59,325 nucleotides of DNA from Candidatus Omnitrophota bacterium (GTDB lineage: Bacteria > Omnitrophota > Gorgyraeia > Duberdicusellales > 4484-171), in assembly GCA_024542985.1 (NCBI GenBank), contig JAMXCX010000003.1, positions 1-59,325 of the forward strand, written 5' to 3'. Both the position numbers and the translations under genes were made by a program. The notes beneath the pieces were generated by a model. It searched no databases and was not told the DNA's origin. It saw only the letters and a program-made list of their open reading frames with translations. Positions within the stretch are counted from its first letter, which is position 1; the number at the start of each line of letters is the position of its first letter. Shown in pieces: positions 1 to 10,300 of the stretch.

Positions 1-165
1 TGTCCTTTTCTTGAATTTTTCCCTCGTTCGGATTGGCAGCCGGAAACTGCAACAAGAGACGAAATTCTGGACTTTCCCATCAGGAGCTTTCAATTTGAAC
101 CTCGTTCAGCAGGAAAAAATATTTATTATTTTGATTGCGTAAAGTTAGTTAGGGTTAAAAGATAG

Positions 166-1218
166 ATGGCCGTTACAAAGATTAATCTTTCAAAAATTTC
201 ACCGGCAGAGCTTCTTAAAACTAGAATCTGCGATTTGCCCCTAAACATAGAAGGGACTTGGCTTAAAGGATGTATAAAAACTTTATATCAAGAGCTAGAC
301 TCTAAAGGAATTCGATTTAGGCCTACCTATTATCTAGCTGATGAATGGCTTAGCCCGGATGAGGAACCGCTGGTGGGAATACCTTTTTATTTAGCTCACC
401 CCTCACTTATGAAATTGGAAAAAAAGATGATGCTTGATGTGGAAGGCGGTACCCGCTCCTGGTGTATGAAGCTGCTTAGGCATGAAACCGGTCATGCTAT
501 AAATTATGCCTATAAATTACACAGAAGAAAGAAATGGAAAAAAATTTTCGGCCGCTTTTCTAAAGAATACACTGATACTTATAGATTTCGTCCTTACAGT
601 AAGAATTTTGTAAGGCACTTAGAAGATTATTATGCTCAATATCATCCTGATGAGGATTTTGCCGAGACTTTTGCGGTTTGGCTTACCCCGGCCTTAAATT
701 GGGAAAAACAATATAAAGGTTGGAAGGCAATGATAAAGCTTAATTATGTCGATGCCCTAATGCGCCAAATCGGGCCAAAAGGACCTTTGGTAAAAAAAGG
801 CAAAAAATACTGGGAAGCTGCCCGTACACGCACAACTTTAGAGAAATTCTATAAAAAGAAAAGGTATTTCCATGCTGAGGGTTTTCCCGATTTTCATGAT
901 TCTAATTTAAAGAGAATATTTAGTTTGCAGTCAGAAATTTTTCCTGCAGCGAAGAAGGATGCAGATTTAATCTCGGCCGTTGAGATTATCAAGCGCTATA
1001 AAAATAGCATACTTAAAAACGTGGCTGTTTGGACAGGTGAGAAAAAATATATTATTGCCGATCTTATAGATACATTGATTTTAAGATGTAGACAGCTACG
1101 TTTATCTACAGATAGGGCCGAGGCTTTAGTTTTACTTGAGATTTCTGCCTATGTTACAGCCTTGGTTATGAATTACTTGTATACCGGAGCTTTTAGAAGA
1201 AAAAGATGCGCAAATTAA
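166..1218 (+). CDS. Putative zinc-binding metallopeptidase (Peptidase_Mx-like)
   Basis: HExxH motif (LRHETGH) and a downstream HPDEDFAETF motif; overlaps the following ATP-grasp gene. Confidence 0.8.
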   Translation: MAVTKINLSKISPAELLKTRICDLPLNIEGTWLKGCIKTLYQELDSKGIRFRPTYYLADEWLSPDEEPLVGIPFYLAHPSLMKLEKKMMLDVEGGTRSWCMKLLRHETGHAINYAYKLHRRKKWKKIFGRFSKEYTDTYRFRPYSKNFVRHLEDYYAQYHPDEDFAETFAVWLTPALNWEKQYKGWKAMIKLNYVDALMRQIGPKGPLVKKGKKYWEAARTRTTLEKFYKKKRYFHAEGFPDFHDSNLKRIFSLQSEIFPAAKKDADLISAVEIIKRYKNSILKNVAVWTGEKKYIIADLIDTLILRCRQLRLSTDRAEALVLLEISAYVTALVMNYLYTGAFRRKRCAN

Positions 1219-2222
1219 AGGTACTACTTCTTTTTGACAGCCCTTATTTTAAACCCCGGGACTATGACTTTAAGAAGGAATTTCAGGATTTAGACTGGGT
1301 CACAGAGGACGATGTCTATAAGGCCCTTTGCGATAATGGCCACCAGGTTAAATTGCTGGGATTACATAACGATATAAGTATCCTTCTTGAAGAAGTTAAA
1401 GAAAACAAACCCGATGTAATATTTAATCTTGCCGATGTGTTCAATCAGAAATCGCATTTGGATAAAAATGTTGCCGGAGTTCTGGAAATGTTAGATATAC
1501 CTTATACCGGAGCTTCTCCGGCAACTTTATTTATTTGCAGCAATAAAGCCTTGTGTAAGAAAATCTTAAGATTTCACAGAATAAAGGTCCCGCGGTTTTA
1601 TACTTTTTATCGGAATTTCCGTATCTGGCTGCCGAAACGCCTCAGGCTTCCTTTAATTGTTAAACCTCTTCGCGAGGAAGCATCGCGAGGCATATCTCAA
1701 GCCTCAGTAGTCGATAGTGAAGACGCTTTAGTTGAAAGAGTAAAATTTATCCAGGAAAGTATGAAGATGGATGTAATAGCTGAGGAGTACATAGACGGCA
1801 GAGAGTTTTATGTAAGTGTTCTAGGTAACAAAAGAATTAAAGTCTTGCCTTTACGGGAGATGAAGTTTGGCGAGTTTTCTGAAGATGAGCCGCGCATAGC
1901 AACTTATAAGGCCAAATGGAATTATGATTACCGCCAGAAATGGGGGATTAAAAATGTTTTTGCCGGCAGGATACAGGATGGTTTAGCCGAGCAAATTGAA
2001 GAAGTTTGTAAGCGGGCCTATAGAGAGCTCAATATGGAATGTTATGCCCGTTTTGATATCAGGGTGACTCCTGATTCGAGAATTTATATTATAGAAGCCA
2101 ATGCTAACCCTTGTCTGGCTATGTATGACGAGTTAGGCCAATCAGCAGAGAAAGCTGGAGTTTCTTATAGTAAATTAATTCAAAAAATACTCCTGCTTGC
2201 TTTTAAAAGGACAAAAATCTAG
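1206..2222 (+). CDS. D-Ala-D-Ala ligase-like ATP-grasp amidoligase
   Basis: PYTG, NKALCK, PLIVKP, EEYIDGRE, ARFDIR and IEANANP motifs; lacks the canonical Ddl N-terminal GGxSxE motif. Confidence 0.8.
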   Translation: MRKLKVLLLFDSPYFKPRDYDFKKEFQDLDWVTEDDVYKALCDNGHQVKLLGLHNDISILLEEVKENKPDVIFNLADVFNQKSHLDKNVAGVLEMLDIPYTGASPATLFICSNKALCKKILRFHRIKVPRFYTFYRNFRIWLPKRLRLPLIVKPLREEASRGISQASVVDSEDALVERVKFIQESMKMDVIAEEYIDGREFYVSVLGNKRIKVLPLREMKFGEFSEDEPRIATYKAKWNYDYRQKWGIKNVFAGRIQDGLAEQIEEVCKRAYRELNMECYARFDIRVTPDSRIYIIEANANPCLAMYDELGQSAEKAGVSYSKLIQKILLLAFKRTKI

Positions 2223-2307
2223 ATATTGACACCGGGATTTTATTTCCTTGGTTTTGGAGTATATTTAGATATAATGACACATAGGCAATTTTAAAATAAG
2301 GAGCAAT

Positions 2308-2562
2308 ATGCAAGCTGATTTTTTCGTGAAACAGTGTTATGATGTCGGAGGCGTGAGTCTCATGCTTGCCGGGAATGTAGAGTCTGGTGAAATAGCAGAA
2401 GGCTCAATAGGTGTAACTTCTAAAGGTAAAAGATTTACTGTGGTAAAAATCGAAAAAGATGGCGATAGAATTCCGGTAGCCTTGAGGAAAGACAAGGTAA
2501 ACCTTTCGATTAAGAATGTTACCCGAGTAGATATACGAGTCGGTGAAATTATCCATTTTTAG
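2308..2562 (+). CDS. Small stand-alone EF-Tu domain II-like beta-barrel protein
   Basis: AGNVESGEIAEG ... DIRVGEII pattern resembles translation-factor domain II; AAGGAG RBS upstream. Confidence 0.6.
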   Translation: MQADFFVKQCYDVGGVSLMLAGNVESGEIAEGSIGVTSKGKRFTVVKIEKDGDRIPVALRKDKVNLSIKNVTRVDIRVGEIIHF

Positions 2563-2624
2563 CCTGCCCAACAGGCCGGAGGCCTACTCTGGGTGGTCTG
2601 TTGACCTAGGGAAACTCAGGCTTT

Positions 2625-4085
2625 ATGTCTAAATTTTTTGTTTTAATTTTATTTTCGTCCCTTATTTCTAATCCTGCTATTTGTGAAAATATCAAAGAAG
2701 CCGACCTTTCAGGAACTTGGTACCTAGCTGATTCTCGTAAACTATATAAGAAGATTAATAGCTACTTGCGAAGCGCTAAAGCGCAAAATATCGAAGGAGA
2801 GACAATAGCTATTATTTCTCCTCATGCGGGAATCATTTTTTCCGGCGAAGTGGCTGCTCATAGCTTCGAACCGCTCAGGGATAAAGGTATAAAAACTGTT
2901 GTTTTAGTGGGTTTTAGCCATAGAAAAGATTACGATGGCATAGCTGTTTTTGATAAAGATGGTATTAGAACCCCTTTGGGAGTACTCTATTCAGATAAAG
3001 TCTTGGTAAAAAAAATAACCTCAGCCCATAAGAAGATTTTCACTTATCTGCCGGCCTTTTCTCAGGAAAATTCCCTTGAGCTTATTCTACCCTTTATACA
3101 AGTCGCTTTAGGCAATCCAAAAGTTTTACTTTTGGCTATCGGCAGGCAGAGTTTGGAAAATTGCCGGATTTTGGGAGAAACCCTTTATCAAATATTAAAA
3201 AATAAAGATAATTTTCTTATAATTGCCAGTACGGATATGAGCCATTATCTGTCTGACTTTGAGGCAAGGAAGATAGATTCCAAGACTGCCGAAGCAATAA
3301 CCCAAATGCAACCAAAAGAATTGTTCTTACGGTGTTATGGGAAAAAGCGCATGTGTGGATTAGCAGCGGTTGTATCCACAATGATTGCTGCAAAGAAATT
3401 AGGGGCCAAAAAGGCTCAGATATTAAAAATGGACACTTCTGCTAAGGGCAGCGGAGATAAGGGAAGGGTTGTTGGTTACTTGAGCGCCGCTTTCATCCGC
3501 GAAAAACCAATAAAGGAAAAGGAGCGTGTTAAGATGAGAGAATTTCTTACGCCAAAGCAAAAAAAGGAACTCTTAAAGATAGCTCGGGATACGATTAATA
3601 GTTATGTAAAACAAAAGAAAGTTTTAGATGTAGAAACCAATGACCCTATCCTTAAGGAAATCATGGGTGTTTTTGTTACTTTGCGTAAAGACGGCCAGTT
3701 ACGGGGTTGTATCGGAAATATTATCGGCAGAGAACCGCTTTATCTTGGGGTGCGAAACATGGCTATTGCTGCTGCTGCCCAGGACCCGCGTTTTAGCCCG
3801 GTGAGGTTTCATGAACTTAAGGACATAGAAATTGAAGTTTCTGTACTTACTCCTTTAAGAGAAATTTTCGATCCCGATGAGATAATCTTAGGTACACACG
3901 GAGTTTTAGTGCGGGATGGGTTTAGAAGCGGGGTATACCTGCCTCAAGTGGCCACTGAAACCGGCTGGAGCAAGGAAGAATTTATGAATAGCCTTTGCGG
4001 CCAAAAAGCCCATATGGAAGTTGACGCCTGGAAAACAGGTAAGTGCGAAATACACGTCTTTACCGCCGAAGTATTTGGAGAGTAA
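2625..4085 (+). CDS. amrB: AmmeMemoRadiSam system protein B/A fusion (MEMO1 + AMMECR1 domains) with N-terminal signal-like peptide
   Basis: SGTWY, SPHAG, GFSH, STDMSHY and MCG (MEMO); GVFVTL, LRGCIG, DPRF and YLPQVA (AMMECR1). Confidence 0.9.
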   Translation: MSKFFVLILFSSLISNPAICENIKEADLSGTWYLADSRKLYKKINSYLRSAKAQNIEGETIAIISPHAGIIFSGEVAAHSFEPLRDKGIKTVVLVGFSHRKDYDGIAVFDKDGIRTPLGVLYSDKVLVKKITSAHKKIFTYLPAFSQENSLELILPFIQVALGNPKVLLLAIGRQSLENCRILGETLYQILKNKDNFLIIASTDMSHYLSDFEARKIDSKTAEAITQMQPKELFLRCYGKKRMCGLAAVVSTMIAAKKLGAKKAQILKMDTSAKGSGDKGRVVGYLSAAFIREKPIKEKERVKMREFLTPKQKKELLKIARDTINSYVKQKKVLDVETNDPILKEIMGVFVTLRKDGQLRGCIGNIIGREPLYLGVRNMAIAAAAQDPRFSPVRFHELKDIEIEVSVLTPLREIFDPDEIILGTHGVLVRDGFRSGVYLPQVATETGWSKEEFMNSLCGQKAHMEVDAWKTGKCEIHVFTAEVFGE

Positions 4086-4280
4086 TTTTTATCTCCAAAA
4101 TTAAAAGAACTAACTCGCAGGCTATTCTGAGAATTATCGCAACCGAAGGCGAGCATAATTATTTTATAGAAACCTTAGGATTTTAACTTAAAGGGTGGTT
4201 TCCTTCTGTGATATAATGAAAAGAGTTTCCACCATAAACTGGCAAAAGAGTAGAATTAGACTTAAGATAAGGTTTATATT

Positions 4281-5075
4281 ATGCAGGAAAGATACCAGCG
4301 TTTAAACTTTGGGTCCTCGATGAGCAGTACCGTTAAGGTATTGATTATTATTAATGTTGTTGTATTCATCATCATTAATCTTTCACGTACATTTCCTTGG
4401 GCCGATATCTTTGGGATGGTGCCTGTTTTCATCGTAAAAAAGTTTTGGCTTTGGCAGTTTTTTACTTACATGTTTTTGCATTATGGCTTGTGGCATCTTG
4501 TTTTAAATATGCTTATGCTGTATTTTTTCGGGCCGGCAATAGAGCAAGCCTGGGGCCGAAAGGAGTTTCTAACTTATTATTTCTTTACCGGAATAGGCGC
4601 GAGCCTTTGTAGTTTTCTGATTTCTCCGGGTTCTCTTACCCCAACTATAGGGGCCTCAGGGGCTATATTCGGGATATTGGTTGCTTATGCAGCAATGTTT
4701 CCCGATAGTGTCATCTTATTATTTCTTATTTTTCCCATGAAGATGAAATATGCAATATTTGTTTTGGCCGGGATAAATCTTTTAGGAGCAATTTCAAACC
4801 CGGGCAGCGGCATTGCTTACTTTGCCCATTTGGGAGGGGGGCTGTTCGGTTACTTATACTTAAAGAATGAGTGGCTTAAATTTAAACTCTTGAATTTTAG
4901 CCTGGCTAATTTTAAACAAAAAAGTAAGATTAGGCCCTCACAGCGAAAAAAGCCACAAGATAAAAGCCTGGATAAGAAAGTTGATGCTATTTTAGATAAA
5001 ATCTCCCGACAAGGAGTGGGGAGTTTAACCAGTCAGGAAAGAAAGATTCTAGAGCAAAAAGGCCGCATGAAATGA
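4281..5075 (+). CDS. Rhomboid family intramembrane serine protease with C-terminal DUF6576-like tail
   Basis: TYMFLH, HLVLNM, GASG and AHLGG motifs; C-terminal VDAILDKIS..G..SLT..E. Confidence 0.9.
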   Translation: MQERYQRLNFGSSMSSTVKVLIIINVVVFIIINLSRTFPWADIFGMVPVFIVKKFWLWQFFTYMFLHYGLWHLVLNMLMLYFFGPAIEQAWGRKEFLTYYFFTGIGASLCSFLISPGSLTPTIGASGAIFGILVAYAAMFPDSVILLFLIFPMKMKYAIFVLAGINLLGAISNPGSGIAYFAHLGGGLFGYLYLKNEWLKFKLLNFSLANFKQKSKIRPSQRKKPQDKSLDKKVDAILDKISRQGVGSLTSQERKILEQKGRMK

Positions 5076-5207
5076 AGGGGCTAAAGTTTATAGTTAAAAA
5101 TAAGCCTTAAATTAACTTCGGACTAACTCGCCATTTTTATTGTTCCTTATGCCTTAAGAGAGCTTCGATAGCTTTCGCCACTTTTTTTAGAACTTTCATG
5201 AAGCCAC

Positions 5208-5272
5208 TTGACTTTTAGCTAATTATATTTTATACTTTAGTCGGTTAATAGTTAACATACTTAATAGTTAGG
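5208..5272 (+). promoter_or_regulatory. sigma70-like promoter and probable MarR operator
   Basis: TTGACT(5208)-17bp-TATACT(5231); two copies of TTAATAGTTA with imperfect dyad symmetry just before the AGGAGG RBS. Confidence 0.55.
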
Positions 5273-5282
5273 AGGATTAATT

Positions 5283-5756
5283 ATGGCTAAGCAATCAAAT
5301 CTTTCTTCGTTTGCCGCAGAGCTGGCGCAGGCCATACCTTATTTGGCTCGTTTCTCACGGGCGATGCTGGGGCAGCGTTCAGATCCTCTCAGCGCCGGTA
5401 AAATTACCCTTCCTCAATACATTGCCCTTAATGTACTCGGCGTTAAAGAGTCAATTAAGATGAAGGATATTGCCAGAGCAATGCGGATAAGCCTTCCGGC
5501 AGTTACCGGCTTAGTTAATAGGCTTGTGCGGATGAAGATGGTTAAAAGAAGCTATGATGCAAAAGACCGCCGGGTAATTTATGTAGTGCTTACTTCCTTA
5601 GGAAAAAAGACCGTTGAAAGTGTAACTTTGGGCCGCCGGAGGGTGATTGAGGAGCTATTCAGCGATTTGAGTGACAAAGAGCGTGAAATCTATATAACCA
5701 TTATCCGTAAGGTAAAAAAGATTGTTTATGAAAAAAGCGAAAAGGCTAAACAATAA
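5283..5756 (+). CDS. MarR family transcriptional regulator
   Basis: ITLPQY, wHTH (VTGLVNRLV), DxxDRR..V.LT..G signature. Confidence 0.92.
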   Translation: MAKQSNLSSFAAELAQAIPYLARFSRAMLGQRSDPLSAGKITLPQYIALNVLGVKESIKMKDIARAMRISLPAVTGLVNRLVRMKMVKRSYDAKDRRVIYVVLTSLGKKTVESVTLGRRRVIEELFSDLSDKEREIYITIIRKVKKIVYEKSEKAKQ

Positions 5757-7302
5757 AGGGGTATCCATTTTGCTTTTATCAGCTGCCCTTACCGTAGCTA
5801 TGAATGCAAAAAGTGTTCTGTTTGCATACCAGTTTTCTCATCAAAAGCAAAAAATTCAAACAGGAAATAAGGGGAAAGCTTCCCGGCCTGATAAGGGGGG
5901 AGCCGTTGCTCCTTCTTCCCTAGAGCTATCTCTTAAGGATGTAACCAATATTGCCTTAGATAATTCTTTGGATATTCAAATCGCAAAGCTTGACGTTTAC
6001 ATAGAGAGATTATCTTTAAAAAAAGAGAATTCAATATTTGATACTTTTTTAAGTGCCAGCATAACTTATAACCGGGATAAGAGGATGCAGGCAAGCACTG
6101 TTTTCGGCACAGAGACAAAAGAGCATGAGTTTTCTTTCGGCTTAGAAAAGAAGACATCCACAGGAACAACAGTTTCTCTGGACACAATCGGTACTAAAAA
6201 GAGGACCAATAGTATTTTCAGCACTTTGAATCCTTACAACGAAGCCCGGATAGAGCTTTCCATAACCCAGGAATTAGGAAAGAATTTTTTTGGCTTGGCT
6301 GACCGTTCTAAGATTAAAGTTACAAAAATCGATATTGAAAATTCAGAGTTTACTTCTTTAGATGACATAGAGGATATTTTATCCAGAGTGCAGAAAGCAT
6401 ACTGGCGCCTCGTATTAGAAGAAGAGCAGCTAGGAATAAGGAAAGATATGCTTTTTGAGGCTGAAAAATTATACAAAATATATAAAGATAAATTTTCCCT
6501 GGGGTTGGTTGAGGAAAGTGAGTTACTGGCGGTTGAAGCTGTGGTATATACCAGAAAGGCGAGTGTTTCCATAGCCGGGCTTAAGCGCCAGACTGCTAAA
6601 AATAACCTTCTTTTTTTGATAAATAAAGGAAATTTTAAGCAGGAAATTAAGCCAAAGGAAGAATTGTCTTCAACAAGTCAGAAGGTTGATTTAGCCCAGG
6701 CTCTTATCAAAGCTATAGCCTCCCGGCGCGACTACCGGAGGGCTATTAATGAAATTAAAAAGAATAATATCGATTTAGTTGTGAAGGAAAATGCTTTATG
6801 GCCCCAAATAGATTTAGAAGCTTCTTTAAACCGTAATAATCTTAATTTAAACCGCCTCCAAGCCTGGGAAGATGCTACCCGTCAGAGCAATGATGAGGTT
6901 TTTGTAGGTTTAACTATTAAGATACCTTTTGAGAATACTGAGGCTAAAGCAGAGCTAAAGGAGGCAGAATTTAATAAGAGAAAAGTATTGCTTGAGCTAA
7001 AGCGTGTAGAGAGGCTTATTTTGAAAGAACTTAATAATAAGGTCAGCCGGGTAAATGTAATACAAAATCAAGTCCAGCTCTATGAAGGAACAGTAAAAAT
7101 ACACGAAAAAAAACTTAAACATCAGATAAAACGCCTAAAGTTCGGGCGTTCGGATTCAGATACGCTCCTTCGCTATGAAGAAGATTTATTAAACACTCGC
7201 TTAGAACTGGTGGATTATTTATTTCAATATAAAGTGAGTTTTATTGAGTTGGAGCTAGCGCAAAACACCTTGCTGGATAAATATTGGAAGGATTCACTAT
7301 AG
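5728..7302 (+). CDS. TolC family outer membrane efflux protein
   Basis: Signal-like N-terminus, two OEP-like halves (ALDNSLDIQ, WPQIDL); sits between MarR and RND genes; ATG start chosen at 5728. Confidence 0.85.
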   Translation: MKKAKRLNNKGVSILLLSAALTVAMNAKSVLFAYQFSHQKQKIQTGNKGKASRPDKGGAVAPSSLELSLKDVTNIALDNSLDIQIAKLDVYIERLSLKKENSIFDTFLSASITYNRDKRMQASTVFGTETKEHEFSFGLEKKTSTGTTVSLDTIGTKKRTNSIFSTLNPYNEARIELSITQELGKNFFGLADRSKIKVTKIDIENSEFTSLDDIEDILSRVQKAYWRLVLEEEQLGIRKDMLFEAEKLYKIYKDKFSLGLVEESELLAVEAVVYTRKASVSIAGLKRQTAKNNLLFLINKGNFKQEIKPKEELSSTSQKVDLAQALIKAIASRRDYRRAINEIKKNNIDLVVKENALWPQIDLEASLNRNNLNLNRLQAWEDATRQSNDEVFVGLTIKIPFENTEAKAELKEAEFNKRKVLLELKRVERLILKELNNKVSRVNVIQNQVQLYEGTVKIHEKKLKHQIKRLKFGRSDSDTLLRYEEDLLNTRLELVDYLFQYKVSFIELELAQNTLLDKYWKDSL

Positions 7303-7311
7303 AGATAAGTT

Positions 7312-10300
7312 ATGAAAATTGCTGAATATTCGGTAAAACATTCGCTTTTAGTAAACCTTATTTCGGTTTTTATCCTTATAGCCGGTTTTTATACTCTTTT
7401 TATTTTCAAAATTCCCCGTGAGGCCTTTCCTGAAGTTTCACGGGATATAGTAATCATACAGACTGCATATCCGGGAGCTCCGCCCCAGGATTTGGAGAAG
7501 TTAGTTACTATTCCTATTGAGAAAGAAATTAAAGGAATTGGAGGGGTTGAGGAAACTCAGTCTACTTCCCAAGAAAATATCTCGACTATAAGGGTGGATA
7601 TAAGCCAGGATGTAAAAGATAAACGTAAAGTAGTCGATGATATCCGGCGGGCAGTGGAGAGGGTGCAGGATTTACCCAGAGAAGTTGAAAAGCCGATTGT
7701 AACTGAAATTACTTCGGGCATGATACCGGTAATTCAGGTAGCTTTAAGCGGTGATTTAGATGAAGCTGTGCTGCAGGAATATGCAGAAAATTTGGAAGAC
7801 ATACTCGAAGATATCCCCGGAGTATCTAGTATTTCCCGGGGAGGTTGGAGGAATAAGGAGGTGTGGGTTGAGGTAGACCCCGGTAAAATGCGTGATGTGC
7901 ATGTGAGCCTGGAAGAAATAATGCTGGCTTTAAAGAAAAGAAATACTAGTATTCCCGGAGGAAAAATCCGCGCTCAAAAAGAATTCAGTATTCGTACTAC
8001 CGGTGAATTTTACACGACTGATGAAATCGAAAAAGTAGTTATTAGGGCTAATGAAGCCGGAAATTGGTTGCGGATAAAAGACGTAGCCAGGGTTAAATTT
8101 GGCTTTGAGGATGAAGACGTTATCAATAAAAGTTATGGTACGCGTTCAATTAATCTTACTGTTATTAAACGGGAAACAGCAGATGCAATTAAAATTGTCG
8201 ATCAGGTTAAAAAGGATACTAAAGATTTTCTTGAGTATGCCGATTCTAAGTTAAAAGTTTCCTACATAAGAGATATGTCCTTTTATATTAAACGCCGGCT
8301 GGGAGTGCTGAAGAATAACGGAATTATCGGCTTGTTTTTGGTTTGCTGTGTTTTGATGCTCTTTTTGAATTTCCGTATAGCCTTGTTAACAGCTTTAGGC
8401 CTTCCTATTGCTTTTTCTGCTACCATAACAGTGATGGGTTTTGTAGGATTAAGTATAAACCTTATTACTATGTTCGGGTTAATTATAGTTCTGGGCATGC
8501 TGGTGGATGATGGAATTATTGTAGCTGAGAATTGCGCCCGTTACTTGGAAGAAGGCCTTAATCCACGCCAGGCGGCTATCGTGGGTACACAGGAAGTGGC
8601 TAGGCCGGTTACCGCAACTATTATCACTACCATTGCTGCTTTTTTCCCACTTCTATTCATGGAAGGAATGTTGGGTAAATTCATCTGGGGCATACCCTTG
8701 GTAGTTGGTATTGCTTTGAGCGCATCTTTATTTGAGGCTTTGGTTATTTTACCTTCACATTTCGCTGATTTTGTTAGGGTAAGTAAGAAGTTTAGATCAA
8801 GGAAGGAGTTGCCTTGGTTTAAGAAACTGATTAGTTTTTATACTCGTATTCTTAACAAGGCTCTCAAGCGGCGTTATTGGGTATTATCCGGTTTGCTTAT
8901 CGCATTTTTTTTAACTATTCTTCTGGCAAAAAGCATGCCGTTTATTCTTTTTGGTTCCCAAGAAGGTATCGAGCAGTTTTATATTCGCGCCGAAGTTCCC
9001 TTAGGCACAAATATTTATACCACCAATAAATTGGTACGCCGGATAGAAGAGAAAGTTGAACAATTACCTAAAAACCAAGTAGCGACTTACACTACTCAGG
9101 TTGGCTTAACCAGCGGAAGGAGGATGTATGACCCTTACAGCAAGTCCGGGAGTCATGTCGCTCAAGTTGTGGTGTATCTTAATCCTTATTCTGAACGTAA
9201 GCGAAGGGTAAGTGAAATTATTGAAGATTTGAGGGAGAAAACTAAAGATATCCAAGGTTTTGATAAGATTTACTTTGAAAAACAACGTGCCGGGCCGCCG
9301 GTAGGAAAAGCCGTAGCTGTTAAAGTGCGGGGTGAGGATTTTTCTGTACTCCAGGAGATTGCCGGTAATATAGAGAATTTTTTAAAAGACAAGAAAGGAG
9401 TTTCTGATATTGCCTCTGATTATGAAATAGGCCGGGGAGAAATCCGGGTAGTTATTAATCAGGACGAGACCGCTCGTGCCTTTCTCTCAGTAGGTGAGAT
9501 TGCGGCTTCCATACGTAATGCTTTTCGGGGAGGAATAGCTACTACGATTAAGCCGGTTAAAGCTGAAGAAGAAATTGATGTTATAGTGCGTTTTCCTGAA
9601 AAATACCGCAATAAGAGAGAGACTTTTGATGAAATTCTAATTCCTAATAAGTTCGGACACCTCATTTCTTTAAAAAAGGTAGCCCATCTAGAGGATAAGT
9701 TATCAGTAGCCCGTATCCGGCATCTAAACGGTAAAAGGGTGATTACTATTAGAGCTGGTGTGGATAATAAGAATATGACTTCTTCAAAGGTAAATGAGCT
9801 CTTAAGCCAAGAATTTAAGGGTATATCAAGAAAATATCCCGGATACCGCATAGAGTATGGAGGAGAGCAGGAGGAAAACATAAAATCTAGGCGCAGCTTT
9901 ATAAGGGCTTTCGGTTTCGCTTTCTTTTTGATTTTTCTTATTTTGGCAGCTAATTTTAATTCTTTAGTTCAGCCTCTGGTTGTAATGATGGCAATTCCGT
10001 TTGGATTGATTGGCGTTATCTGGGCTTTTTTCTTCCATGGGGCTGCGATAAGCTTTTTTATGATGATGGGTGTTATTGGGCTTAGCGGTATTGTGGTTAA
10101 TGATTCTATTGTTTTAGTTGATTTTATTAATAATCTACGCCGCAAGGGAGTTGCCAGAAGGGATTCAATTGTTCAGGCCGGTCAACTACGCTTGAGGCCG
10201 GTTATACTTACTACCATTACCACAGCTCTCGGACTTACGCCTACTGCTTACGGCATTTGGGGAGGTGACCCCTTCTTAAAACCCATGGCACTTACTATTG

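Noticed and set aside
1-165. Possible structured RNA with repeated CCTCGTTC and a GCAG..CTGC hairpin
   Set aside because: It is cut off by the window edge and matches no family I can recognise. An Rfam scan with upstream sequence is needed.
1206-2222. Assigning the symbol ddl
   Set aside because: Ddl-specific motifs are missing and there is no mur or cell-division context.
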